From the NCBI RefSeq assembly GCF_041146345.1, contig NW_027191410.1, positions 806,001 to 870,000 of the forward strand: 64,000 nt of DNA. Direction: 5' to 3'. Origin of the DNA: Neodothiora populina (Eukaryota). The notes under the pieces are model-generated. The model did no database searches, was not told where the DNA came from, and was given only the letters and a program-made list of their open reading frames with translations. The position numbers were made by a program, and so were the translations under genes. Positions 24,452 to 36,269 of this stretch are shown in pieces (within the stretch, counting starts at the first letter, position 1; the number at the start of each line of letters is the position of its first letter).

Positions 24452-26431
24452 ATGGAGAAGTTCCTCCGCGACTGGAGGCAGGATGCCCTGAACAAGCATC
24501 AGTACGAGTCGGCTGTCTTCGTGGGCGACAAGCTTCTTGCCTTAACAAGTCAGTCCGTTGCCCCCACCGTGACAATCCAGCCAGCTTACATACAGGAACC
24601 AGACAACGACAAGGATGCTTTCTGGCTGGCCCAGGTCCATTTCTCCACCGGCAACTACACGCGCGCCCTCGGCTTCCTCTCGCGACAGGATCTCATAGCG
24701 CGCAATCCCTCCTGTAAATACCTCGCCGCCCATTGCTATGTCAAACAATCGCGCTACGAGGAGGCGCTCGGTATCCTCGGCGACAAGAACCCGGTGCACC
24801 TCATCACTTCGTCGGACAAGAGTCGACGGAAACTGCAGCACATGGACACGGCCAGGAACGGTGTGACGAGAGCGGTGAGGTCACTGCATCGGTCGGAAAG
24901 GGTAGATCGGAGTGAAGAAAGGGACAAGGAAGACATGAGCAACATACGCTTCGAGGCGGCCATGTGCTATCTACGGGGCTTGTGCTACGCCAAACAGAAC
25001 GCTTTCGATCGAGCCAAGGAGTGTTACAAGGACGCCGTGCGCATAGATGTCTTGTGCTTCGAGGCTTTTGACCAGCTCATGAAGAACTCGCTCATGTCTC
25101 CGACTGAGGAGTGGACCTTTCTCGATTCTCTGGATTTCGACAGCATCTCGGCCTCGGATTCCCCGGCATCGACGCCTCAGGAGGCTGCTCACTTTACAAA
25201 GATGCTGTACACGACGCGCTTGTCCAAGTACAGTCGACCCGAAGACTTTAACGTTGCAATCGAGACCTTGTCCACACATTACAACCTCTCGAGTAACCCG
25301 TCCATCTTACTGGCCAAGGCTGAGCTGCTCTTCACGAATTGCCGCTTCAAGGACGCCTTGGCTCTGACCACTCAAGTCATCGAGACCGACTCCTACAATT
25401 TCTCCGCTATGCCAGTACATCTGGCCGCACTGTTCCAGCTCAAGGCGACCAACTCGCTGTTTCTCTTGTCACACGAGCTCGCGGACACACATCCGGAGGA
25501 AGCATGCACCTGGCTCGCTGTCGGCACATATTACCTCGGTATTGGTCGCATCGCCGAAGCACGAAGCTATTTCTCAAAGGCATCGGTCATGGATCCGCAT
25601 TTCGGCCCGGCATGGATAGGATTCGCACACACTTTCGCAGCAGAAGGAGAACACGATCAGGCAATCAGCGCGTACAGCACAGCGGCACGCCTGTTCCAAG
25701 GAACCCATCTACCACAGCTCTTTCTGGGTATGCAGAATCTGAGCCTGGGCAATCTAAGTCTCGCCAAGGAGTATCTCAACACGGCATACAGCATGTGTGA
25801 GAACGATCCACTCGTGTTGAACGAACTCGGTGTGGCATACTACAACGAGGAGGCGTGGGAAGAAGCGATACGCACATTTGAACTCGCACTATCCATAGCA
25901 CAGGACATCGATGCCGCACCACCGTCATGGCTCGACACGCGCACAAATCTCGGGCACGCATACAGACGACGCAGACGATACAAGGAAGCATTGAGGGAAT
26001 TCAACCAAGTGCTGCGGCTCGGAGGCAAAGATGCGGCGACATTCGCAGCCAAGGGACTGGTCCTGCTTGACTTGGAGGAGTACTACGAAGCAACGGTGGC
26101 GCTTCATCAGGCTCTAGCAATCAGTCCACAGGATCCCATGGCCACGGAACTACTGCAGCGAGCACTCGAGGGGTTCGAGAGTCGATCGGTGATGAGTCAA
26201 CCTGAGGAACACGAGCTGGACAATCTGATAGCGGGACGCATGGCGGCGGCAAATGCGAGAAGGGAACGAACAAGGCCGAGAAGAGCGGCGCCGCCGAGCC
26301 AAGGGTCTGCCTCGGTCCGCGATGACACAGGCTTGGACGAGGGCGATGACCGAGACTTGGACGATAGCGTGCCTGCGGCAGACTCGATGCAATGGGATAG
26401 CACGCAAGTAGATGACTCGGAGCTTGGCTAA
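24452..26431 (+). CDS. CDC16: APC/C subunit Cdc16/Cut9/Apc6 (TPR); probable in-frame intron 24549-24602
   Basis: LRDWRQDALNKHQYESAVFVGDK; FGPAWIGFAHTFAAEGEHDQAISAYSTAARLF; TPR array. Confidence 0.93.
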   Translation: MEKFLRDWRQDALNKHQYESAVFVGDKLLALTSQSVAPTVTIQPAYIQEPDNDKDAFWLAQVHFSTGNYTRALGFLSRQDLIARNPSCKYLAAHCYVKQSRYEEALGILGDKNPVHLITSSDKSRRKLQHMDTARNGVTRAVRSLHRSERVDRSEERDKEDMSNIRFEAAMCYLRGLCYAKQNAFDRAKECYKDAVRIDVLCFEAFDQLMKNSLMSPTEEWTFLDSLDFDSISASDSPASTPQEAAHFTKMLYTTRLSKYSRPEDFNVAIETLSTHYNLSSNPSILLAKAELLFTNCRFKDALALTTQVIETDSYNFSAMPVHLAALFQLKATNSLFLLSHELADTHPEEACTWLAVGTYYLGIGRIAEARSYFSKASVMDPHFGPAWIGFAHTFAAEGEHDQAISAYSTAARLFQGTHLPQLFLGMQNLSLGNLSLAKEYLNTAYSMCENDPLVLNELGVAYYNEEAWEEAIRTFELALSIAQDIDAAPPSWLDTRTNLGHAYRRRRRYKEALREFNQVLRLGGKDAATFAAKGLVLLDLEEYYEATVALHQALAISPQDPMATELLQRALEGFESRSVMSQPEEHELDNLIAGRMAAANARRERTRPRRAAPPSQGSASVRDDTGLDEGDDRDLDDSVPAADSMQWDSTQVDDSELG

Positions 26432-26607
26432 CTCGGAAGTCTTCACCATGTGCTGGAGAAAAGGCAGACTTAGTCACAATAACATGACAAAGTAAAGGCG
26501 AGAGTAGGAAGAAGTCGGTGGACGTGCATAGAAGTTCTACTGTGCACAGGTGACATGCGGTGCCGGTGAGATGCTCAATCAGGCGTGCCAAGAGATTGCA
26601 CCCGACG

Positions 26608-26621
26608 TGAGTCATGAGTCA
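26608..26621. promoter_or_regulatory. Two abutting Gcn4/CpcA (AP-1) sites, TGAGTCA-TGAGTCA
   Basis: Two perfect consensus copies about 110-125 bp upstream of the GUS1 ATG; aminoacyl-tRNA synthetase genes are typical cross-pathway-control targets. Confidence 0.7.
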
Positions 26622-26730
26622 GCGGCCTCGATCCCACCTGCCCAAGTTTTATGGCGGGGTTTAAACACATTTATACCTCTTTTGACACCTCTTTACAAAC
26701 AATCATCAATCACACACACTCACACTCATC

Positions 26731-28654
26731 ATGGCAGACGCAGCAGCCATCAAGGAATGGCAACAGCGCGCAGAGGCCTTCAAGCCTCTCAACCTCAGGG
26801 AGATTGAGGCTCCTCTCGGCGAACTCCACGACCACCTTACCCTCCGCTCGTACATTGTCGGCTACTCGTGCACCGAGGCAGACCTCACCGTCTGGAAGGC
26901 TCTTCGCGCCAACCGCATCGCCCACGCATACATCAAGCAGGGTCTCATGGTCAACCTGAGCAGATGGTTCAAGTTCATTGAAGAGACGGAGAAGCCCGTG
27001 CTGGATCTGCCCGCCCGCGGCGCAGCTGGCAAGGGCGAGGCCGGCAAGAAGGAGGCCAAGAAGGACGAGGCCAGCTACGACATTGGTCTGCAGGACACCG
27101 AGAAGGGCGTCGTCACTCGTTTCCCTCCCGAGCCTTCTGGATACCTCCACATCGGTCACGCAAAGGCCGCCCTGTTGAACGACTACTTTGCCCACAAGAA
27201 GTACAACGGGAAGCTCATCCTGCGATTCGACGACACCAACCCTCTCAAGGAGAAGCAGGAGTTTGAGGATGCCATCGTCAAGGATCTCGAGCTCATGGGC
27301 ATCAAGCCCGATGTCTGCACCCACACCTCCGACTACTTCCAGGAGCTGTACGACGAGTGCGTCAAGCTCATCAAGAGCGGCGGCGCCTACGCCGACAACA
27401 CCCCACAGGAGATTCTCAGAGACGAGCGCATGAAGAAGATCGACAGCAAGTGCCGCGGCATGAGCATCGAGGAGTCTCTCAAGCACTTTGAGGAGATGAA
27501 GGAGGGCACCGAGGAGGGCCAGAAGTGGTTCATCCGTGCCAAGATCAACATGCAGGACCTCAACGGAGCCATGCGTGATCCAGTCATCTACCGCTGCACC
27601 CCCGAGCCTCACCACCGCACCGGTTCCACCTGGAAGTGCTACCCGACCTACGACTTTGCCTGTCCTGTCGTGGATGCTGTCGAAGGCGTTACTCACGCTC
27701 TGCGTACCACCGAATACAACGACCGCGACGCGCAGTACCAATGGTTCCTCAAGGCCTGCGGCCTGCGCCACGTCTACAACTGGAACTTTGCCCGCATGGC
27801 CTTCGTCCGCACCTTCCTGTCCAAGCGCAAGTTGACCAAGATTGTCGACAACGGCTCCGTCTGGGGCTGGGACGACCCTCGCATGCCCACCGTCCGCGGC
27901 ATCAGACGCCACGGCATGACCATTCCCGCCCTGCAAGAGTTTATTCTGCAGCAAGGCCCCTCCAAGTCCATCACCCTCATGGACTGGACCAAGTTCTGGG
28001 CGACCAACAAGAAGTTCATCGACCCCGTTGCCGCGCGCTACACGGCCATCGAAAGCAAAGACAAAGTCAGCTGCACCGTCGCCGGCGCCCCGGCCGCCCC
28101 GCGCTCCGAGATGAAAGACAAACACGCCAAGAACTCGGACCTGGGCAAGAAGAAAGTCGTCTTCAGCAAAAACATCATCCTCGACCAAGCGGACGCGCAA
28201 TCCTTCGCGCAAGACGAAGAGATCACGCTCATGAACTGGGGCAACGCCATCGTGCGCAACATCACGCACTCTCTGAACCCCATGGGTCTCTTGCCCGGTC
28301 CACCCCCCAAAGTCACCTCTCTCGACCTCGAGCTGCACCTGCAGGGCGACGTCAAGACGACCAAGAAAAAAGTCACCTGGCTGTCGACGGACCAGGAACT
28401 CGTGCCCGTCAAATTGCACGACTTTGACTACCTGCTCACAAAGGACAAGCTCGAGGACGACGACGACTTTGAGAAGTTTTTGAATCCCAACACCGAGGCT
28501 GTCACCGAGTGTTTGGCGGATTGTAACGTTGCGGATCTCAAGGAGGATGATATAATGCAGTTTGATCGCAAGGGCTTCTTCAGGGTCGACAGGGCGTTCA
28601 AGAATGGCGAGGCCGCGGCCTTCTTCCAGATTCCTACTGGTAAGCAGAACAAGT

Positions 28655-28656
<2 letters not shown>
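26731..28656 (+). CDS. GUS1: Cytoplasmic glutamyl-tRNA synthetase, intronless
   Basis: VTRFPPEPSGYLHIGHAKA (HIGH), RFDDTNP, LSKRKL, GWDDPRMPTVRGI. Confidence 0.96.
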
Positions 28657-28700
<44 letters not shown>

Positions 28701-28710
28701 TAGTAGTAGT
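28657..28710 (+). repeat. Compound (AGC)n(AGT)n microsatellite right after the GUS1 stop
   Basis: About 9 AGC units followed by about 9 AGT units. Confidence 0.95.
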
Positions 28711-28994
28711 CTTGACTAAGATGAAGAAAAGAGAGAGGGGCTCTCCTCATGTTGAACGAATAAATCATTTTGCGTTTTGTCTTGTTCTCCTTTTTCTCCA
28801 AGTCGGAAACAACGTGAAGTGAAACACAACCATCGGAGGTAGGAAACAGTAGTTACTGGCCAAGTCACGTACAATGGCAATGGGTGGGGGGTTCTGGTAA
28901 GCTTAAGCAAGCAAAGCAAAGCAAGCAATATATCATATATCATATTTTTTATCAATATCTGACGGACGGGAGGAAGAAGAAGGGGCAAGCACAT

Positions 28995-31900
28995 CTACAA
29001 CCCATTGTCCTTTTTGAATTTATCCCACGCCTCGTTCAGAGTGCTGAAGACGGCGCCGCTGATCATTCTCTGTTCCGTCGAGGCGTTTTGAGGAATCTGT
29101 TTTTGTTTCTCGTCAGTTCTCAAATTTTCTAGTCTTTTTTCTCTTTCCCGTCTTTTCGCATCCCTGACAGAAACGTAATAGAAAAGGGGGGGGGGGGAGA
29201 AACACAAAAACTCACTTTATCAGGATGCACCTTCGCAATAGCCTTCATATAAACAATCTTGACCTTATTGGGCATGACCAAATCGCTCATGCCGACCTTC
29301 TTCCACCCGGCCTCGGGCCACAGCACCGCGTCCAGCGAACCCAGCAGCGCGCGCAGGTTATCCGCCTTGGTGCCCTTCCACGCCGCCAGCGTCGCGTCGA
29401 CCTGGTCGTTCAGCGCGAACTTCTCGTCGTCGGCTTTCTCCGCCGCTGCGTTGGCTTCGCGCAGCTTGCGCACTGCTGAGGCCGATTGCACGCTGGGCAG
29501 CGCGAGCCGGCTCGGAGCTACGCTGCGGCCGGCGGGTTTGGGCGCGGGTTTGGCGGCGAGGGATTTCGGTGCTGAGGAGGCCACGCTGGTGGGTGGGTTG
29601 TTGGCGGCGGCGGCGGCGGCGGACGGGTTGGCGGCTTTCTCGCAGCGGTCTCGCGCCCGGATGCTCACTGCGCCGCCGATGCCTGCTGCCACGCACGTCT
29701 TGTATACGTTCGCTGCGTCCGCCCATTTCTCCATGTGCTCGAGTGCTTCGGCCTTGCGCATCAGCGCTTTGCCGTAGTAGTCGGACATGTCCTTTTCGCC
29801 GCCTTCGCTTGCGCCCAGCGAGATCTTCTCGCCTTGCCCGTTGCCGGGCCCGATGACCTCGAGCACGCGGTCGGCGTCTGCGATGGCAAGTTTGGGGTCG
29901 CCTGTTTTGATGGCGGTGAGAGCGCGGTTCGAGAGCACGACTATGACCAATGGATGGGTTGCGGGGAGAGGCGTCAATGCCGCCGTGTACGATGTGTGTG
30001 CGGCATCGAAGTCGCCGCGTTTGAAGGCCTCGGTACCCGCCTGGCGGTGCGAGGATGAGTCGGACAAGGCGGCAGGAGAGATGGCAGGGATGGAGCGTGG
30101 TGGTGCCTTTGGTCGAGTCGGAAGCGTCTTCGTGGCTGCCGAAGGTCTCGGGGCTGGTGAGGATCTCGCAGATGTTGGTTGTGTAGGTCGTGCAGCGGTA
30201 TTTTGCACTGGAGCAGGGCTGAATAAGTCGACCTCTGGCTCTGGCTGCGGTAGTGGTGCTTGTGCTTGTGCTTGTGCCTCTGGCTTCGTCGGCCGCTTCC
30301 TTCTTGCTGGGCTGACATATGCTTGTTCGCTCTGCGCTTCGACGTCCTGTCTGCTGAGCTTGGACGCTGGTCTCTTGTCTTGTGCCCAATACGGCGAAAC
30401 CGCTTGCTGCTGGACAGGTCTCGATGTAGATGATGGCCGCACATGTGCAGATTGTGCGGGAGACTGTGCGCGAACCTCTTGGGGGAAATCTGGGGGCTTT
30501 GTTGTGCGTGCCGGTTTCCGAGGTCTCTCTTCACTCGAGTCCAGCATAAGAGCTTCGTCGGTGAGGTCTGGGGCTTGTGGCGTGTGTCTTCTTGCTTCAG
30601 CTGGTGGCTGTCGAGACTGTGAGGTCGTGCGTTGATCCGACTCGGTGCTGGCGTCTCTCATCCACTTGGGCTGACTCGGATCGTGGTCGGTATTGAACTC
30701 CTGTACCGCCTTTTGCACCTGTTTCCGGCCTTGTTTCCACAGAGAATTGGCAGACTTGAACAAAGAAGTGCCGATCTCGGATGCGTACTGGGCGACGTCT
30801 TTCTCATGCGAAGGAGAAGTCGTGTCTCCTCTGCGCGGACCAGAGCTCGCTCGTCCCTCTTGTCGCATCCATGCAGGCATGGACTCGGTCTCTCTACCGC
30901 GTCTTTGAGACGAGGCACGCGCCTCTGGAGCATGACCTTCGGCGACATGTCCGTTATGCGAAGGTGTTCCTCGTCTGGATGCCTGCGTCTTCTGCTTCGA
31001 CTCTTCGTGCGCTTGCTTCAACAGAAAGCCGACCGCAGCCTGGACATTTCCATCTGTTTCGAGCAGAGCGATCCTGGAAGCGTCGGCTGGGAAACCCATG
31101 TCTACGAGCTCGGCCACAGAAGCATCCAAGGGGCTGGCAGCTGCTGGTGAAGGAGCCCGCGCACTCCCCTCTTCCATCACGACGGAACTGTCGTCTGTAC
31201 TCTTGCCTGGAGGAGGCTTCGCCGTGATAGGCTTGGCCAAGTCTCCCAGGATGTCGTCATCGTCGTCCATAGTTGCAGGTGTTTGTGTGGAAGGCGCATT
31301 GTTCCGTGGTAGAGTGTTGAGGCCGAAAGGATCATCATCGTCGTCGTTCTGATTCGCCGCCAGAGAAGAGCTGGCAGGAGGCGCGTTGGGCTGCTGGAAG
31401 CCACGACCTGCAGGAGCAGTTGGTGTACCACGCGCACTACTCGTGGGTCGAGATGTAGGGGGAGGGAAATGAGAGGATTTGTCGACAGGCACGGCGGAGC
31501 TGAAGGCGGCCAAGATGTCCTCCTCGCTCTCCTGAGTTCGAGACGGGGCTGCCGCTGGAGTGCCACGACCCGAGACTGGTGTCCCCCTGCCGCTGCCCAG
31601 TGAATCCCAGACATCACCCGCCCCGAATTGATTCGCGTAACGTTGTCTCTGCTCGGCTTCCTGTCTTCTCTTTTCCTCGACTAGTTGCCTCTGTCTCTCT
31701 TGCAGAGTGAGATTGCCAGGCCCCTTTGCAGCCGCGTTCTTGCCCAGCAAGCTCGCAAAGCTGTCGTTCGCCGGGGTGACTGGCTTCGAAGGACCCTGGG
31801 CAGGGTGGTTCAGGGCGCCGGACGGTCGACTCGTTGGGCGCGAGTTGGCAGTGCTGTTCAGTGACGGCACGGGACTGGGCCGAAGACCAGCGTGACCAGA

Positions 31901-32005
31901 GCTGGCGCCATTGGCAAAGGGATTGTTGGACTGCGGTCGCAATTGTGGCTGTGAGCTATTCTGGCTAGTGGTGCCGCTCCAGTCCTGGCCCAGAAGGTCA
32001 TCCAT
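28995..32005 (-). CDS. SWA2: Auxilin-like clathrin-uncoating factor (UBA-TPR-J domain); last intron 29097-29215
   Basis: UBA (ELVDMGF..SRIAL), TPR (GTEAFKRGDF..A), J-like domain (YMKAIAKVHPDK|IPQNASTEQRMISGAVFSTLNEAW). Confidence 0.9.
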
Positions 32006-32474
32006 GGTGGTTTGTTATGAGCAGAACATAAAAAGACAAGAGAGAGAGATATATAACGTGATGCCCCCTCAATTTCTTGGGATAAATGCATGCGCAAGAA
32101 ATCGGACGGATGGTTCTTGTGTTTGTCGCTACCGGATGGCAGTTTTGTACAGGACAGAAAGTAGAGTGACTGGACTACAGTAAGGTATGCACAGATATAA
32201 GCAAAGTAGCGAATAATAATAAGGTCGGGTTCAGGGTTATTGTCAGGTACCACTGATACGACCACAAGCATACGCTATACAGGACCAACAGTACCTAGTT
32301 GTGGTAGGTGCGGGACATCTGTAGCGTCATTGGTCTGAGCTTCAGTCATAACACTCCGATGTTTCATCTTACCTTGCAGCGACTGCTGTCCCTTACACTG
32401 TACCACCCATTCACTTGCGCATATACAGGTCTATCTGGGTGGTCTATTGACTCAGAGCTTGACAAGCTTCTTTG

Positions 32475-34166
32475 CTATTCCACCGCACATGTGATCGTGT
32501 TTGTCAATGCGCCCGGGCACGTGTCGAGAATCTGCAACTCGGCCTTCAGATTCAAGTACAACATAACCTGCAACTGACCTCGCCATACTGGCACGCTGTC
32601 TTCCTCGCCACAGAATTCCTTCTTCTCCAGCATTTTTCTTGCCTTGTGGCGATCTCGCTTCGTAAGTGGCATGAGGCCTTGGTTGCCATGCGTATCATCC
32701 CCGTCCTTGATATGACGGCTGCATAGTCCCAGCCATTGCATATTGGGCACTGTCAAATCACTCGCGCCGATCCTGTGCATTCTAGATCCTTGCTTGTATG
32801 TCATGAAAATAGCCAGACCGTCGGGATCGTAGTCCATAAGACCATAGACGGGCACATTTGCAAAGCCATTATGCATACTTGCTCTGCTCAAGAACCGCAC
32901 CATCGCCCTGGTGGCAAGGTCAGGATATCCTTTGCCCTGCCCTCATGTTAGCCGCTCCTGCTTGTAAAAGTGTCAGGTCAGTTCTGACAGTGACCATGAT
33001 TGTCTTCCACTTCAACCTCTGCCATTCATCGGATTTGATGATCGTGTGAAATGTTGCCTTAACCCCTGTCAGTAGAAGCCGCTAGGTGAGATTCACCAAA
33101 GCACTCACCTCCTTTTCTACAACCATTACCCATCGTGCAGCACCCATGTCTACTGAGAGGATGTCCCCTAGTCCATGGATCAAAACACCTTCAGTACTGG
33201 CCATAAGGTCGAGTTGCGAGCCATCTTTATGGCAGAAGACAACCGATCCCGTCATAAGACCTTTTGCAGCAGCAGTCTGACGTTCTTAGTATGTCGGCCA
33301 GTGAAGAGAATGATGAAATGCATTACAATGTTCAAGGCAGACCTCGGCACCTCCAGTGTAAGCGCGATCTGATCGACGTACCGGTCGACGACAGACTGCT
33401 TGCCGAACAGCGCAGGATCGCGGTAGAAGATATCACTCCAGCATCGCTCATCAGTCAAATCCACTTTAATTCAATATTTCCTGCATGTGGTTACCGTTTC
33501 GTGGACACGCCCCCGCTGCGTATCACTTCGTGTATCAGCTCCAGTAGACGTAGAACCACAGCTACCTCGCATCAGTAAATGACCATACTGGCTCACACCA
33601 GTAGCTAGTCAGCCTCGCTCTCATTTCCACTCACTGAATCTCCATGCCTCCTCGGCTGTTTTTCCAGGAAACGTGACCGTAAGACTTCGAGTACGACTAG
33701 GCCGGCCAACGGTATCACTTGTTCGTGAATGCCCTCGTCGACTCATAGCTAGATTGATACGAAGATGGTTCCTTTCAGCCAAGAGTGCGTCTGCAATGCT
33801 CTCGAACACAGCTTCAAGCTGAGTCATGACATGTTGTTGAGCATCAACGCCGATGGCTCTTAAGTGTGAGACTGTAGATCTCATTGACGGAAGACTGATC
33901 TGCTCAGGAGATGTGTGTGGAAGCACATCGAAATCCGCATCACGGAAATGGTATGTTGAATCTCCATTTACGTCGTTACTAGCTGTGCTCGCATGGTTGA
34001 CACAGCCTGCGCTAATCGACATTGGCGAAGAAGACAGCTGCAGAAGTTCCTCGACTTCTTCCTCGCGCTCGAGTGTATGCTGTTCGTCATCGCTGTCGAG
34101 CAATGTATCATCCCTATCAATGGTCCGAAAGAAATCATCGAGCATGTCCATGTCGTGGTCCGTCAT
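32475..34166 (-). CDS. SPO11: Meiotic DSB transesterase Spo11 (TopoVI-A); about six exons, appears intact
   Basis: Spliced reconstruction gives STKRDIFYR (catalytic Tyr region), AAAKGL, MVVEKEATF, TGKGYPD and GLMDYDPDG (toprim), KAELQIL. Confidence 0.9.
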
Positions 34167-34743
34167 TGCAAAACCTACTAGTGAACCTATCAATATGCGT
34201 TGAATTAAGGCTGTTCTGAATTGTTTTTGTGGACTGCTCTTGCATGTTGTGTAGATTGCAATGATATGTGTTTGCTGCTCCAGACATGAAAAAGGGAAAG
34301 CACAAGCCAGTGCCTTAGTAATAACAGTAAACCCTGGGACTGCCTTCTTAATGTGGAACCAGCGTATCCAGTCCTACAACATCCAGTACTACTTTTCCTT
34401 TTCGCGCTTATACTAGTGCTAGAGGACACAGTATCCTCTGCCCCAAATTCTAATCCCGCCAGCGTGAAGCGAACCCTTTGACGATGGTTTCTTGACCTGG
34501 TTGATAGGATATCGATCGACTCTCCGCAAAGACTCTGGGCTAGCGATGTCAGTCGCTGTCACTATGTACACTCTCGACAGTGATCAGGCTTGGATTGGAC
34601 CTCTCGTCAAAGTATCTCTTTTGCTAAGCTTAGTACGTCTTGTAGTAGCAACCGGCCCGACCAAGGGACATATCATTGAACGTAAGATTATGGACTGAAC
34701 TATGGAAGAGGAATCTTGGTCATCATGTTCATAGTCTTATCGT

Positions 34744-35159
34744 TTAGTGAAGCGTCCTCCCTGAGAGAGTCCATTTCATACCACAATAGCAACAATTAAG
34801 TTCTCCTCCAGCTGGTTTGACAACATCAAAGGACAAGCCACATCCTGGACGACTGACATTCCCGGCTCTTCTAGAACCGTAGCAGTAAAACGTCTTATAC
34901 GGCTGCCCATGATATTTCTCCGGCCTTGTCTTTGTTATAGCCTGAGGGCGTGGACCATTGACAGAAGTGATGTGTTTAGCATTCCCTCTTGGCTTCACGG
35001 TGTTCGGGCGATAATGGTGGGTGTGCCCTCTGTGGTGACCTCTCCCTCCGGGCACTCCAAGTCCGGACACGGCGACATAGATGTTATTCGATCTGGAGAT
35101 GATCAAGAAGAGCCATGATGTGCCATCCGAGGAATTGCCTACCTGCTGGAACTAGACAT
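34744..35159 (-). CDS. Orphan ~121-aa basic protein with C-terminal zinc-ribbon-like Cys motif; intron 35093-35142
   Basis: ATG at 35159, GTAGGC..CCAG intron joins in frame to the ORF; FYC..PGCG.SF..CCYCG.KW motif conserved in the adjacent paralog. Confidence 0.6.
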
Positions 35160-35822
35160 CTCTTGACGTCCTGAACCGTATCAGACTTGATAAAAGCTTC
35201 GCTCGATCTGATATCGCAATTCGTTCTTAGATGCTCATTTCCCGTCTGGAGCAGGGGCAGCGTTCTTATTCGGGAATGGGCGAAGATCGTCTCGGAGAAG
35301 AGGGGAGTTACTGGTCTTGGAGGGGAAGTCGCCCTTATCAGGTGGCCAAATATGCAAAGCAGATTGTTTCGGTCACTGAGTCAGCACGAGAGGCGATCCT
35401 CTGTTGCGCCTCTTGAGCTTGATAGGCTGAGCTGTGTGAGAGTTGACATCTGATCTATTTGCTCCGATAGTAGCAGCCCTGCCAATCTCGCTTACCCTAC
35501 TCTCATTGGTGTGTTGGTCTGCAAGAACGATGCATATTACCTCGGTGTGACCACTTCAACATTAGCCTGCGATAAGTCCGACTGCTATGATTGCACACGA
35601 CTGGTGCCCATGCACGAAGGCGCAATTCTCATTTACCTTATAGGCAGCCTCGTTTTAGATTGTATATCGAGTTCACTTTCAACCAGTGGTCTCTTGAATG
35701 ATATATCTGATGTCAATGAACTCTCACTAAAGAAATTCAAGTTAGCGAGCGGTTGTAGTCGCTATTGCTATGTATGGTCCTGACAGCGATCAAAAGACCA
35801 AGAAGAGTTTGGAGGATTAGAT

Positions 35823-36183
35823 TATTCCCAATTAATGCTAAGCGTGTTGTCATGCATCGTCCACTTCCTCCCACAATAGCAACAGCGGATCTCCCCCAGA
35901 TGTCGGATTAACAACATCAAACGGTCGTCCGCATCCTGGACTGGTGAGCCACCCTAATCTAGCGTAGCAGACAAACGTCCTGTAGGGGCGTCCATAATGT
36001 TTATTTTGCCTTGTCTTCAGTGTAGATTGAGTGCATTTACCCGAAGAAACATGCAACGGTAGACAATGCTTCCTTGACCTCACCTTGTTTAGTTGATGAC
36101 ATTCCGCTTCTGCTTCTACTTCCGCTTGTGGTCGAGGCAAATGCTCTCCGTGGCTACCTGTCCCACTTACAGGCTCGAGGCAT
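35823..36183 (-). pseudogene. Frameshifted paralog of the 34744-35159 zinc-ribbon gene
   Basis: KTRQNKHYGRPYRTFVCY..PGCGRPFDVVNP matches copy 1; one extra base in the G-run near 35893-35897 moves EIRCCYCGRKWT out of frame; 5' end uncertain. Confidence 0.65.
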
Positions 36184-36269
36184 TCTCCTTCACTCGTTTC
36201 TTGTTCCGATTTCCTGTGCTCTCTCTCGCGGCGACCATCCGAAGCTCGTGCTCTCTTGCACTAGAATCC

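Noticed and set aside
26710..28419. 569-aa antisense ORF overlapping GUS1
   Set aside because: Shadow ORF caused by the very high GC3 codon bias of GUS1; no recognisable motifs
29358..30635. Several long overlapping ORFs within SWA2
   Set aside because: Low-complexity GC-rich coding sequence lacks off-frame stops
32475..34166. Mating-type locus suggested by SPO11, an APC subunit and a COX gene nearby
   Set aside because: The canonical MAT flanks are APN2, SLA2, APC5 and COX13; no HMG or alpha-box ORF is present
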